A stretch of 64,000 nt of DNA from the human T2T-CHM13v2.0 reference genome, Homo sapiens (GCF_009914755.1 NC_060940.1), one strand, 5' to 3'. Shown: positions 42,321-56,895, counted from the stretch's first letter. The notes: generated by a model not told the origin, from the letters alone. A program made the numbers and translations.

Positions 42321-42362
<42 letters not shown>
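42321..42362. repeat. Perfect (CA)21
   Basis: Directly visible. Confidence 0.97.
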
Positions 42363-42364
<2 letters not shown>

Positions 42365-42696
42365 AATATTACTGGGTTTCCATTTTTTCTTGTCATCTTT
42401 CTACTGCCATCTCCATCCGCTACTTCTTGTAGCTCCCCTTTTTAATCCTAAAATTTATCTTGAAGCTTGCCTTGGCTTTTTTCCTCTGAGTCTTCCTAGA
42501 GCCTCCAAATTCTCTGTGACACATTTTTATACAATATGGTACATGCATTTACATTTATATGTATTAAAATGTTATATTTTACTAATAAAAAGTTTGGCAT
42601 GCATAAGATTGATATAAATGAGTAAAAGTCATATCAAATCTAGCCTTGTGGGAAGGGAGGAACACAAAGATTGGAAAAAGAAGATGACAGTTGTAA

Positions 42697-43062
<366 letters not shown>

Positions 43063-43069
43063 TGATGCA

Positions 43070-46000
43070 CTATTTTTAAAATAACACTTTTATTTAAATA
43101 TATCTGTAGAAAATTGTAAAAGTGAGAAGTGTAGATGTTAGAGGATTATCACAAATCTGACATAGCCATTTAGGCAAAAAATACAAAATATTAGCATCAT
43201 TAAAGTCCTTCTTATGGCCTTCTTCATTATTTCCTCTTCTCTTTAACAGTGTTGTTTAAAGTACCATATTATGTATTTTATATACAATACAATATTACTT
43301 TACACAGAGAGGTACTTTATACAGAGAAGTACATGTATACTTATATACTTTATATATACAAACATCATGTGCACATATATGTACACAACTACCTATATTT
43401 TTTGTTTTATAAATCAATATCAGTTTGTTAGACATTTGAAGATATTAACTACATTGCTGTCTAATTCCCTTTATCTTGGATGAGAAGAAAAAATCCATTT
43501 TACTGTTGTTCTTTGAAGGTTACCCTTATGATTTTCCCGTTGTCTTTTATTTTCCTAAAGATGCTATAATATTGGAGTGCATTCAGATGACTTAGAATTA
43601 GTAACAGTACTTGAATATAAATGTGAATATCTTTTATCAGGTTTGGAAAACTATTAACTACTATCTCTTATGCCCTTTCCCAAATTTTCCACTATTCATT
43701 CTCATTTTATGATTGAGTTTGGTCTTGTTCTGGCATTTTTAAATATGACTAATTTTTTCTGCAGGATTACTTATGTGTTTTCAAATTATTTATTTAAGTC
43801 ATCTTAATTTTTGTTTCATGGACATTTATTTTGGATTTTTAAATTTTTAGGATTTTTCACTGTTTAAAAATTTTTGAATATATTCATTAAAAGTATTTTA
43901 ATTTTATTATCTTGATCAACTGTGATTTCATTCTTATTGCCTATTTTTTCTCCAGAATGTGGTAATATATTTGAATATGTCAGGTGATCATTTTAATTTA
44001 ATTTAAAGTTCCAAGTTACATGTGCAGGATGTGCAGGTTTGTTACATAGGTAATCATGTGCCATGGTGGTTTGCTATGCCTATCAACTCATCACCTAGGT
44101 ATTAAATTCAGCATGCATTAGCCATTTTTCCTGATATTCTCCCTTTCCCCATCCCACCTGTAGGCCCCAGTGTATGTTGTTCCCCTCCCTGTGTTCCCCT
44201 CCATGTATTCTCATTGTTCAGCTCTCACTTCTAAGTGAAAACATGGGGTGTTTGGTTTCCTATTCCTGCATTAGTTTGCTGAGGATAATGGCTTCCATCT
44301 CCACCCATGTCCCTGCAAAGGACATGACCTCATTCTTTTTTATGGCTGCATAGTATTCCATGGTGTATATGTACCACAATTTCTGAATGAAGAGTTTATC
44401 TACCTTCAATCTTTGAGGCTACTGACCTTTGGATGGGTTTTTTGTGGGAACTTTTTTTGATGCTGTTGTTGCTTTATTTTTGTTTGTTTTTTCTTTTAAC
44501 AGTCAGGCTCCTCTTCCTTAGGGCTGCTGCAGTTTGTTGCGCGTCCACTCCAGACCCTGTTTTCCTGAGTCCCTCCCACCCCTGGAGGCATCACTACTGG
44601 ACGCTGCAAAACAGCAAAGATGGCTGCCTGCTCCTTCCTCTGGGAGCTCCATCCCAGAGGAGCACTGACCTGATGCCAGTGGGAACGCTCCTGTATAATG
44701 TGGCTGGTGACCCGCGTTTGGGGGTTTTATCCAGTCAGGAAGCACGGGATCAGGGACCAGCTTAATGAAGCACTCTGGCTGCCTCTTGGTGGAGGGGGTG
44801 CATTGCGCTGAGGGGAATCACATTCACCTGGACTGCTGGGATTCCTCAGAGCCAGCAGGGGAAAAGACTAAGTCCACTGACCCACAGAGATCGTGGCCAT
44901 CCCTTCCCCCAGGGGTTTCATCCCAGGGAGAACAGAGTTCTGTCCATAAACCCCTGGCTGGAGTTGGTGAAATTCCTGCAGGGAAGCCCCACCCAGTGAG
45001 GAGGGATGGGGCCAGGTCCAGCCTAAAGAGGGAGTCTGGCCACTATCTGCCACAGTCTCTGTGCTGCACTGTGAGGAATTCCTCCTGGGTCCAAACCACC
45101 CAGTTTTCTCCGGCACCAGAAGAGGAAAACAGCAGACTGGAACTGCAGTGATGGCAGCCAGTGATGGTGGCCACCCCTTCCTCCGAAAGTTCAGTTGTCT
45201 GAGGCAGTAGGTAGCCAAAGGGATGGCAGCTGCCCCTCTCCTCAGGAATTTGGTAGTCTTAGGCAGTCTCCAGCTGAGTGTCCACTGAGATTCTGCACAG
45301 CACTGTGCTTGGGACTCAACGCCCTGGTGGCGTGGGCTCCTGAGGGAATCTCCTTATCCACAGGTTGCACAGATCTGTGGATAAAGCGTGACTTTCCAGG
45401 TAGGGGTAGCACAATCGCTCACCGCCTCCCTTGGCTTGGGGTAGGAGATCCCCATTCCCCTTGTGGCTACCAGGTGGGATTCACTCGCTGGATTCACCAG
45501 CAGGATTCACTCGCTGTTTGTGTCCTTGGTGAGGGCCTCTGACCGCACCTGTTTCTAGTCCACCATCTTGGCCCCTCCCTGGCTGGTTATTCTTGTTTGA
45601 GGAATTGAGACTGTTTATTTAAAATGTAGAGATAAGTTGAATCTCTGTATACTATTTTCTTCCAATATGTTTTCATTTTTCTTCTGGAACGTATCTAGGC
45701 TTCAGGACACAAGTTATTCTAGAACCTTGATTAAATCATAGTTTTAGTGATTAAGATCATAGTTAATATATAAAGCTTCTATGGGCAACAAAAAATGTAA
45801 AAACTTTTTCTTATTTTTGGTCTCTAATCTCTTATCATTGTTCCATGGCTGTATTGAGTCTAGCAAAAGTTTTGCTTAACCTTAAAGCTTCTTACCTGCC
45901 ACCTTTACAATTAGCAATTGCCTGGAGAGGAAGTGTGGTGATATACATCAGTTTAACCTTTCTTGTTCTGCTCTTTTTCTGGAAGAAAATTCCCTACAAA

Positions 46001-46130
46001 TTTTCCCTACAAATTCTCGTTGCCTTGGTAGTTCTCTTATATCTTCAAGTTAATTAAAGATATATTTTGTCTAGACTTTCACAGTGGAAAGATTGGTCTG
46101 AAATATACTAGTCTACTATTGTCCAAGGGA
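43070..46130 (-). mobile_element. Very old L1ME/HAL1-like fragments flanking the L1PA insertion
   Basis: TTTATTTAAATATA..AAAGTG..AAGTGTA 3'-type start; T-rich antisense ORF1-like sequence continues on both sides of 43990-45580. Confidence 0.4.
43990..45580 (-). mobile_element. L1PA (about PA8-PA13) with ORF1 and nearly all ORF2 deleted: 5'UTR fused to 3' end
   Basis: 43990-44384 antisense 3' end; 44392-45580 antisense 5'UTR ending CCATCTTGGCCCCTCCC (sense GGGAGGGGCCAAGATGG). Confidence 0.88.
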
Positions 46131-46347
46131 ACTCTTAATATGTTTCTGTAAAAGGGACACATTTTGGAGGCCTGGGAGAGGTCTAAGGAAGTGGGAAACC
46201 CACAGAACCTCTTTTATCAATTACCTAGAATCCACATATGACTTCAATTTATTCCATATGATTAGAAATTAACATATGTAGAGAAATATATTTTGTTTTG
46301 TGTTTCTAAAGCAATGCAGAGAAAGCAGCCTTTTTAAAAACATGGTA

Positions 46348-46590
46348 TACTCACTTATAAGTGGGAGCTAAATGATGAGAACACATGGACACATGGAGGG
46401 GACAACACACACTGGGGCCTACTGGAGGGTGGAGGGTGGGAGAAGAAAGAGGATCGGGAGAAATAACTAATGGGTACTAAGCTTAATACCTGGATAATGA
46501 AATAATCTGTACAACAAATTCCCATGACACAAGCTTACCTATATAACAAACCTGCACCTGTACCCCTGAACTTAAAATAAAAGTTAAAAA
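46348..46590 (+). mobile_element. L1PA15/16-like 3' end
   Basis: CTCACTTATAAGTGGGAGCTAAATGATGAGAACACATGG...GTACCCCTGAACTTAAAATAAAAGTT; ATGGTATA flanks both sides. Confidence 0.9.
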
Positions 46591-46836
46591 GATAATGGTA
46601 TATTAGACAAGACCCAAATAGCTATAAAAGGCACTAATCCTTACCTTCCCTTTCTTAGGAATCTTTCAAAAAAATGGAGATTTATGGTGCCCTTTTGGTG
46701 AAATTTAAAATAAATTGCTAAAATAATATAAATGATTATATTAAATATATGGATTTTGACAATATTGTGAATTAATTCATTCAACAAATATTTATTGATA
46801 TTTTCCAGGGACTATTCTAAGCAGTAAGAATATGCC

Positions 46837-47405
46837 TGTATTAATCATGATTTTTATTTTCTATATTTTATAATTCTTTGACATCCAGAGGTCTCATGAA
46901 ACAAATGGACGGTGCCCTTCGGGATTAGCTAATTTCTAGAGATAACAAACAACTTACCTGTAAACTCATCTTTGATATGCAAACCAGAAAATTCTGAGAC
47001 CTTAGCCCAGCCTGCTTCCTTTATTCAGGCTCCTGCAGTCTAGAACACTATCCTCCTGCCCTGGATTACCCCAGCATTAGACAATAGACAGGTAGAGAGC
47101 ACCCTTACAGCATAGAGCCTGCCTAAATTATTCAAACTGTCTAACCCTGAATCTGCTCAGCAGCTTACCCCGCTTGGCCCATTTCTTCCTAAGAAAACCA
47201 CAGTAAAACCTTTTTCCCACACTTCTTGCTCCTTCTACCTTCTGACCCGACCCTGGTGCTTCCTTGTGTAGCCCTGTGCAGCTTGGCAGGTCTTCTTCTC
47301 TTGGGAACGCTGACTAACGAACTGTGTTTTCAGTGGCTATTCTCTCCTGATCTGTTGGTCTTACCATACTGAATAAAAATGAAATCCTGGATGCATTTTA
47401 AAACA
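46837..47405 (+). mobile_element. ERVL solo LTR, MER74-like, inside an antisense L2
   Basis: TGTATTAATCATG start, TAGCTAATTTCTAGAGATAACAAAC..ATATGCAAACCA, AATAAA, ends AAAACA. Confidence 0.7.
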
Positions 47406-47702
47406 ACAGCTACAAACAAGGCCTGTGTTCTCTTAGAGGATAGAGACACTAAATGAATGAACAAATAATGTTAGAAGGTTATAAAGTCTCTGAAAAAAAT
47501 AAAACAGTGTTGTGAGAGCAGCTGGTGATAGGGCTAATTTAGAATGGAGAAGGAAGAGTTCAGTGGGGAGGTGGTGACTTTTGAAAGGACGTCAGAATGT
47601 AGGAGACGCTTGGCTCTAAGAATGCTGTAGATGGCGAGGATTCTGGGTGTGAACTTAGACATTTTTGTTTACTAGAAACTGTGTGCCAACTAATCAGGTT
47701 GA

Positions 47703-48016
<314 letters not shown>

Positions 48017-48989
48017 CAGATTGAATTTAATTGATAGGTACTCGGTAGCAATAATTCCATCTTCACCCACATGGATGCCCCATCTCCCATTTTGCCACAT
48101 ATCAGATTCTAAAACCTACGATTGATAGGGGAATAAATACAGCTTTAGATATATTGGTACTAACTATGAGCTAAAAGTGACCACGTATGGCTGAAATAAA
48201 AGGTATTAATATCTTTATTTGCCTTAGAAAAATTAAAAGCTGACACCAACCATTAAACTAAAAGTGTATCTGAGAGGTGGTCACAATTGTCTTGATAGGC
48301 AATCCTCCCTGATTATCATTTTTATTCTCTTTGAATAAAATGAACAAAGATAACAGAGAAAGGTAAGTGATTTTTTTCTCTTTTGATTTTAACAAAACTG
48401 ATTAATTTTATCCTGATCCTCTTACAAAAGAAAATCAGAGGTTGGCATTACTGCCTGTGGGAGCAAGGCAACACCTTTACCTAATAAAATACCTTTTTGG
48501 ATAGGTATGAATAACACTATATTGTACTAGCCTGAATTCTAATTTTTGAAGAGCAACAGACGAGTTCAGCATAGATAATCCAGAACTGATCACAGCTGCT
48601 CCAGCCAGAGAGTCATTTTAACTCATAATGGGAGTGACATAATGTTACAGAAGAATCCGAACACGATTATTCACGAGGAAGTCTTTTGAACCAGAATTAA
48701 AATAAAGGCATTTACCCAGAAAATGTAGAAGACACAGACTTCGAAGCACATGTCACCCAGATCATAAAGTTTTGAAGGAAAAAACTGATTCATTGCTGAA
48801 AGCTATTCAATATGGTGACTTGCTCTATGACAGCATATTTGGTCTGAAATTTTTGAGAATTTTTTTAAAGAACACTCATTACGAGAATTACACCTCTGAT
48901 ATGACCAGATTCTAAAGAATGTCAGGCACCATATGAGATCATTTCCATTCATTATTTATAGTAATGCTTAAAACTCTGAAAGATAATTG

Positions 48990-49520
48990 AAAATATTAAG
49001 TATAGGCCACCAGATCTTCCCATCTCAGTTATTTACCCAAGTGAAAGAAAAACACATTCAAACGAAAACTTGTATGTGTATTTATTTCTATGGCAACTTT
49101 ATTCATCATAGCCAGAACCTGGGGTGAGTGGGGAGAACAAAATCATCCATCAACAGGTAAATGGATAAACAAAATAAAGTATATCCATACAATGGAATAC
49201 TACTCAGCCATTACAAGGAAAAAATAGAAAATCAGAACTACTGTCACACACTCAATATGAGTGAAAGAACTCAGGCACAACAGATCTCATTCATAGGAAA
49301 TGTGAACCAATCTATGATGACAAAGTGTAGATGAATGGCTGTTACAGAGAAATAAAAAGGCATAGATTACCAGGGGGCATGAGTAACCTTTGTTAGTGAT
49401 GAAAATGCTCTGCATGATTTTAGTGGAGGTCTTATTGCCATGTAGAACTGTCGGATTACATCAAATGAGTGCACTTTAAATGGGGGTAATTTATTATAGA
49501 CTTGATAAAGTAAGGAAAAA
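48990..49520 (+). mobile_element. Old L1M 3' region
   Basis: ATTTACCCAAGTGAAAGAAAAACA..TCCATCAACAGGTAAATGGATAAACAAA..TATCCATACAATGGAATACTACTCAGC. Confidence 0.75.
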
Positions 49521-49529
49521 TACAAAAGA

Positions 49530-49660
49530 AATGAGGGAACCAAAGCTGAGAGAAATTAAGGAACCTGTCCAAAGTTGTACCACTCCTAAGTAGCAGGAAC
49601 AAGGACAGGATTACTTTTTAGCTTTTTCTGGCCCTAAATCTTAAGTACTTTTCACTGCAT
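49530..49660 (-). mobile_element. MIR fragment
   Basis: ATGAGGGAACCAAAGCTGAGAGAAATTAAGGAACCTGTCCAAAGTT. Confidence 0.55.
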
Positions 49661-51409
49661 CATATGTAAGAAAAAATAATTCTTGAAGGCATTTTCTTCT
49701 TTAGGCTTTCAGAATTGTAACTATTTCATGTTAGCATTCATTATGCTATTAATTTTAATATTCAAAAGTCTTCCAAGTTACTTATAGTACTATAACTTTT
49801 AGGTATGAGATATAAAAATAAGGTTTTTATCTGGAAAATGTATCTATGACAGGAAGTCTTGAAAATGTGTGAATTTTTAGAAGAAGCTATTTGGAGAGGG
49901 TCATTATATAAATAAAATATGTCTTTTATTTCATATTTTGCTGCTAAAATGATATTAAATACAGTATGTATTTTTTAGGACACTTAAATGGGAGGTTGGA
50001 AATTAAATATTTGGTTTTCATGTTTAGCTCAACGGTGAATTTGAAGATTCTTTGTTCCATTATCAGTACATGTGCCTATATAGAGGTTCAAAGTATCCTT
50101 TTAATGCTTTTCTCTATTGGACAGTTAAAGAAATTCAGACCACACAATTTTTGGCAGCATGTGGGAGAATATTAAATAGAAGGCACTCAATAATGTTTAA
50201 GGAACAAATGAATGAATAAATATGGAAAAGATATTTTTGAAGTTTCCTTAATCAATAAGAACTTAATAACTCATCATCACCATATAAATGGGAGGTTTTT
50301 GAGACAATCTTTATGCTGTTAGTATTTCTTTCTAATTTGCATGCATATATGTTATGTAGACAAGATAGTTCATTTATCAGCTTATTCTGATGTGATGAAC
50401 CAAGGCATGGGTGACAATTTCCTAGTAAGATATTCTTGCAATTCTCAGTTACAGTGAATAGACGAATAACATCAGGTTGGTAAAGCAGATAAAAGTGGCT
50501 GAAAGAGAATTGTGAATGGGATCAAATTGAAAGGAAGTACTAACTATCAAAGCAAAGATTCACCCCAAGATGACCTGTTTGCCACAATGTAAAATTCTGT
50601 CATATAATATTATTCCAGTCAAATGAAAAATAAGTTGGGAGCAAAAAAAATAAGTGACTTTTTGTTTTGCTTTAGTATTAGCAAAACCATCTGCTGAATT
50701 TAATCTCGATCATACAAATGCAAATCAAGGAATGAAGGCCTAGATGCTACAGTGGGATGAGAAATTTAGCAAAAACAAAACTAAACTAAAACAGCAACAA
50801 AAAACTGCCTTTACATAGGTATGACCTCATGTTTAATCACATAGTTTGTTCCAGGTTAGGAAATACTTTGTATATATCCCCCTCACCCTGTTTAGGGTAG
50901 AGATAAAAGTTTTTCCCTCTTGTCATCAAAGTATACCCATTGTTTCCAATAAATATAACAAAATATAAATGATATCTTAAAACCATGATATTAGATAATT
51001 ATCATCATTGCTCTATTGTAAAGATATTGAAATAATTAATGTCACTGTCTCAAATATTGACTACAGTAAAAATGCTGATTCTGAGAACATTTGTGTTATA
51101 AAGCATGCTGACATTGCTGAACATAGGATGAAAATTAACAGAGGAAGTTTTTATTTCATTTCCAAGATACTCAGTTTTGTTAATGTTTAGGCTACACTCT
51201 TCTTTATATGTATTGGATTTAACCTGTTATAGAGGGCAGCTGTAGAACTAGCACCTTGAAGTGTAGAGTGAAGTTAGTGTAAAAGGAACCTAGGAGCCTT
51301 TAGTTATATTTACTGCTTTCCCCTACACTATAAAAACACTGCACCAGAGCTCAGGGGTCTAAGGATATATTTAGAGCTACCATCATGGGAAAAGTTAAGG
51401 AAAAGAGGC

Positions 51410-52150
51410 CACTAGCATAGGATGGAAGTGTGAGCTTTGCAATAAATTAGACTCCTGTTTAAATTTCTGGTTATACACTCACTAGATGCAAATCATTATG
51501 GAGCCAGTGTAGGAAACTAAACTATCTGAGGCTTTTCTTTTCCTCACACATACAATACTAATAGTAATAGTACTTAGCTTCCTGAACTGTTGTGAGTGCA
51601 CCCTACTAGCCATAACAGGGCCACTGAAAGGTATCTACAATATAAATAGCCTTCTGATACTTTATTCATTGCCAACAAATGTACTGTTTTCATTTAAAAC
51701 CTTTATATTTTGTAACTGTTGTTAGCATCACTAATGATAAAAATAGCTAATATTTCTCTAATGCTTTGCAGAATAAAATATGTTTTTAAATGTTCTTCAA
51801 AGAACTTTGATATTATACCAGTTTTAGACTTGACAATATTGAGATCTAGAGACCATAGACTGCATTACCCAAGGATGAACAAGCTACTACATGGTGGATA
51901 TGGGTCTTAACAATTACTCAATCCAAAGTAAATGTTGATCAACTATCTATGCAGTCTAACACCCGTATTTCAGACCAAAGCTATGCAGCTACCTTGATTA
52001 TTATAAGATCTAGGACTCAAATTTAAGTCTAACTGATACTTATTGACCTTGTGACACTGGACAGTAATTAAACCCTCTAAGCTAATTTTACACATCTATA
52101 AAATTGGGACTATATATGACCCCTATGATATGCTTTTTGTGAGTATCAAT
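51410..52150. mobile_element. Cluster of diverged MIR fragments (+, -, +)
   Basis: CTGTTTAAATTTCTGG..CACTCACTAG; TTACCCAAGGATGAACAAGCTAC; TGTGACACTGGAC..CATCTATAAAATTGGG. Confidence 0.45.
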
Positions 52151-52899
52151 AATCTCAAATTTGTGTTATTGGCAGTAATTGTTTCAGGACCTTTGATGCA
52201 ACATCTCCTTATTCATTGGAATAAATTGAAATTTAACTATAAGTGCCCATTTGCCAAAATTGACAAGAAACATAATAGTAGCAACTTTGTGTCTTTTTCT
52301 ACCTACCTTATATGGTATCAGGAAACCCAGTCAGTCACCACACTTGATCCTTTCCCAAGTTCTCTGCTATAAGATGTGTAGACTTCTTGTTGACTCTAAT
52401 CCTTCTATGCCAGGCTGGTCATAAGGACCAAAGCTCTCTAAAGTCATTGTGTCCAGTGTCCAACCTGCTCAGGCACTTAGGCAGTACCAGTGCTCTTCCA
52501 CACCCATCTCAAGTCCATGCTTCTACAACTATGGAGATGTAAGATGTAATTCTTAGAGAAAAGAGCTCTTCAATGTGTAAAAGTCACAGCCACTCCACTT
52601 TCTCCCTGCTCTACTTTAATATTTCCTTGGATCTATTGTTGAGGCCACAGAGTGAAAGATCTGCAGGCCAGCGAAGACTTTCGTTCTTAGGGTCACAAAA
52701 TTCAGGTCACACTGTGATTAAAAATAATAAAGGATTCTCATTCATTAAAAGGCAGAAAATGTCACAATTTTCAATTTCTTCTCAAGAAATCATGAGATTC
52801 AGCATCACTAGGCTGGTATTCTTGTAAGGTGAAAGTAGACTGGAGCTGAGAGGAATGGCTTTCACCTTCTATTTGCCAAAGTTCTACCATTGTCCTCTT

Positions 52900-53230
52900 G
52901 ACACTGAGGCTATAGCTCAGTGACTATTTGTCATCCTACTTTCCCCATTGTATCTCTGAACATTCTTTCTGGCTCTTTCACTCTTTTAAATTACCTGTCC
53001 ACTCCCTGGGATCTGTTTGCTACTGCTGAAATTTATAAAAATAAAGTAATATAGCACTGTTTCTTTTTCCTTCATAAAACTTATCTCAGTATATAATCAT
53101 ACATTTATGGTTGTCATTCTCACCCACCAGACCGTAGTTTCCAAAAGCTGGCACTCAGCCTTATTTTATTCACTATTTTGCTCCTAGAATGGACATAGAA
53201 GGTCCTCAATAACTATTGGAATGGATGAGT
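52900..53230 (+). mobile_element. L2 3' region
   Basis: CCACCAGACCGTAG..TTATTTTATTCACTATT..CATAGAAGGTCCTCAATAACTATTGGAATGGATG. Confidence 0.5.
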
Positions 53231-53714
53231 AAAATATAATCCTATAACTGTTTCTTGGAATTAAGAACACAAATTGTTGACATCACTCTGGTTCTTTATC
53301 AATAAACAACGTATCATAAAATTTAAAATCAGACCATCTTACATCAGAACAAATGTTAATAAGTAACCAAGCTTCACATCTTCACATGCTACATTGATCA
53401 TGTTTATTAATTTTGTTATTAGTAACATGATAGAATTTGATAGAATTTTCTATTTGTAATATATATGTATGTGTGTGTGTGTGTATATATATATATATAG
53501 TACATGTGTTAAAACAACAACATTAAACCTCCCTGTATATAAAGACAACAAAATAAAGTTAATAATGCAGTATAACTTATTGTTTGCTTTCAGAGAACAT
53601 GGATCCTAGAGTAAGGAATGAACGAAATATTTCAATCCATAGTTTCTGTAGTCAGATCTAATCCCCAAGTGCCTCTCACAGTATGAGCCCCTCACTTTGC
53701 TTATGAGAATCTAA

Positions 53715-53795
53715 CAGGGAGTTGTTGTTTAATGGGTATAAAATTTCCTTTACACAAGATGATTAGGTTTGAGAGATCTGCTGTACAACATTGTT
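53715..53795 (+). mobile_element. L1MA/MB 3'UTR fragment
   Basis: GGGAGTTGTTGTTTAATGGGTATAAAATTTC..GAGATCTGCTGTACAACAT. Confidence 0.7.
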
Positions 53796-54568
53796 GAGTT
53801 CCTGTTATATGTTCAAATCAAAATTTTAAAAATACTAAATTGTTTCAAAATATATACATTTTATAATCCAGCCCCAAATCTAGTAGTAGGTCTTGGTGGC
53901 AGCAGCAATAGCAATAGTACTAGTTGAAATATTATGGTGTTAATAATAAGAATAACAATCAAAATAATAATAATAATCCAGTGCTGCAAGAAAAACAGAT
54001 GATTTGGACTAATGAAAAATGGTTCTAAGCTTTCAGTATCATGCAATATCTGTGTTTTTTCCAATTGTATAGCCTAATTAAATTTTGTCACTGCACCAAA
54101 ATATTAAGGCACAGTGTCTGTTCTTAAAGAGCTTATGATATAGAAATGAAAGACAAATATGTAAACAACCTACCTTAACACAATATGATGCCTGGTGTTC
54201 TACTGCTGAAAACAAAGGATGATTGGAAGCAGCAGAGCAATCCTGATCAGGTCTACCTGGAGGTCGGGAAAATTTTCAGAGAAAATAAACATTACACTTA
54301 TACACACAGAGAGGTATTAAGTATTTGCATAAGTACACTTATATGGATATATACAAATGCATATGTATATTTACATGCATATATGTATGTGAATATTTAG
54401 AATTATCACATGCCATTAGGAATACATGCAAATGCTACATTTATTTTCACTACCCATGGTTGCACAATGGGTTGCTATGACAACAGAGATTAATTACAGG
54501 CCTTTCTATTACAAATCTTAACTTTTCAGAACTTGAAGGTTTCAGCAGTCTTATACATGTACATTTTA

Positions 54569-54962
<394 letters not shown>

Positions 54963-55344
54963 TCCTATCATGTGCTGAACTATTTGTACAGCCCGCTTTA
55001 TCTGCATTTCCAACTAAGATATACTTTGATTTTAAGAAACTCTTTTTTCTTAGTTTCAACTTCCTTCTCAGTATGTAAATATAAATAATCCACTTGCATA
55101 TTATTTTTTTTCAAAATAAACTAACAAAATACCCTATTAATTAGGTGAAAGGAAATAATGGTGCTTTATTCCTTATTTGTTAATGCAAATCCCATCGTTA
55201 TTACTGTATCATTAGAAGGAAATAGAAAAACTTATTTTTTCTTTTTTGTAGCTATTATCATGTTAGTTTTGACTGAAGATAGAGATGAAAGATTTCTTGT
55301 CAGAAAAACAATGTTTCCAATGTCAATATTGCTGTCATTATTCT

Positions 55345-55819
55345 TGTGATTGTTAATGCTGAGTGTCAACTTGATTGGATTGAAGGATACAAAGTATTGA
55401 TCCTGGGTGTATCTGTGGTGGTGTTGCCGAAAGAGATTAACATTTGAGTCAGTGGGCTGGGAAAGTCAGACCCACCCTTAATCTGGGTGGGTACAATCTA
55501 GTCAGCTGCCCTCGTAGCTAGAATATAAGCAGGCAGAAAAATGTGAAAAGAGAGATTGGTCTAGCCTCCCAGCCTACATCTTTCTCCCCACCGGATGCTT
55601 CCTGCCCTTGAACATCAGACTCCAAGTTCTTCAGTTTTGGAACTCAGACTGGCTCTCCTTGCTCCTCAGCCTGCTGAGGGACTATTGTGGGACCTTGTGA
55701 TCATGCACGTTAATACTTAATAAACTCCCCTCTATATATATACTTATAAAAACACATCTTTTTCAGAATATATGTATATATATTTCATTCACTCTGTCCC
55801 TCTAGAGAAGCCTAATAGA
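55345..55819 (+). mobile_element. MLT2A (MLT2A2-like) HERV-L solo LTR
   Basis: TGTGATTGTTAATGCTGAGTGTCAACTTGATTGGATTGAAGGATACAAAGTATTGATCCTGGG...CTCTGTCCCTCTAGAGAA; flanks ATTCT/TTTCT. Confidence 0.92.
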
Positions 55820-56389
55820 TTTCTCAATGAATTCAAAATCTATAAAGATTACATTGAATTTTGATACTATTATAAGGTATATTTTCGTCTATAGTGTCAT
55901 TCACAACGCCTACCAGTCTACCACGTCTTAGGCTCTTCATTTTTGAAAAAAAAAAGCTTAATCAAATTTGGAGAATATCTACTTGTTTAGCCAATTGAAA
56001 TAGGATAATTTCATCACTAATAGAGGCCTCATCATTAGTACCTTCAAAAAACATTTTAAAACAAAAACAATATTTTACCCAGCGAAGGATTTGGATTTGA
56101 ACATGCTTTAGATACCTAATAATTTTCTGTGCCTAGCATGTTAAATTAAAGGCAGAAGTACAAACTAACTCCTCAATAGCAGGAAGAGACTGTTAACTTA
56201 TGTACAAATACCTTTTGGGGTGTAAAAACATTTTCTTTATGATTTGAAAATAATATTATTTGTTCCTAATTCTGACCCTGCAGCCTACTTAATAAGCAAA
56301 CATGCATTTAATCCCTGCTGTATTTCACTACAAAGCTATTACTCATCATACTTGGCCATGAAATATGGCTCCTATCCTCAGAGGGCTTC

Positions 56390-56895
56390 TGTTTTTCTCT
56401 GTTTTGGTTTCCCTGAAAGCAGAACCTGAGACACGTACTTGGAATGTAGATAGTTTATTTTGAGATAATTCTGAGAATGCCAGGTAAGGGAAATGGGATA
56501 GTGAGACAGGGTCAGAAAGAAACTTAATAAAGAGTGAGTTATTGAACTGATTACTGTTGGTTACTACACTAGTCTTTCGGATCTCAATCCAATCAGAGTC
56601 TTTCCAAAGTAGGTGTATAGAATGCATGTTGAAATCCTTCCAAGGGATAGGAAGATGACAGTACATATCCTTGGGCTCCTATTCCCATTATGTGCGAACT
56701 ACCTCCAGCAGCTGGCTTTCACAGCTTCTGAGAAAACAAAAGCAGAAAAGCCTCTATCAAGCGGGAACCTGGGCTGAGAGTATAGAGCTGTCCACTGTAA
56801 GAGTGCTGAAGTGGGCAGAGAAGGGGATGCTACATGGCTTTTGGCATGAATGTTACATGCTCTTTCAAGACAAATGAGCACAATTTGTGCCCAAC
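56390..56895 (-). mobile_element. ERVL LTR33/41-like solo LTR
   Basis: TTGGTTTCCCTGAAAGCAGAACCTGAGACA..TAGTTTATTTGAGAT..AGTGAGACAGGG. Confidence 0.65.

Noticed and set aside
44380-44410. Spliced L1 (SpIRE-type) explanation for the mini-L1
   Set aside because: Sequence downstream of the donor-like AG|GTAGAT is retained and there is a 7-nt filler, unlike a precise splice junction.
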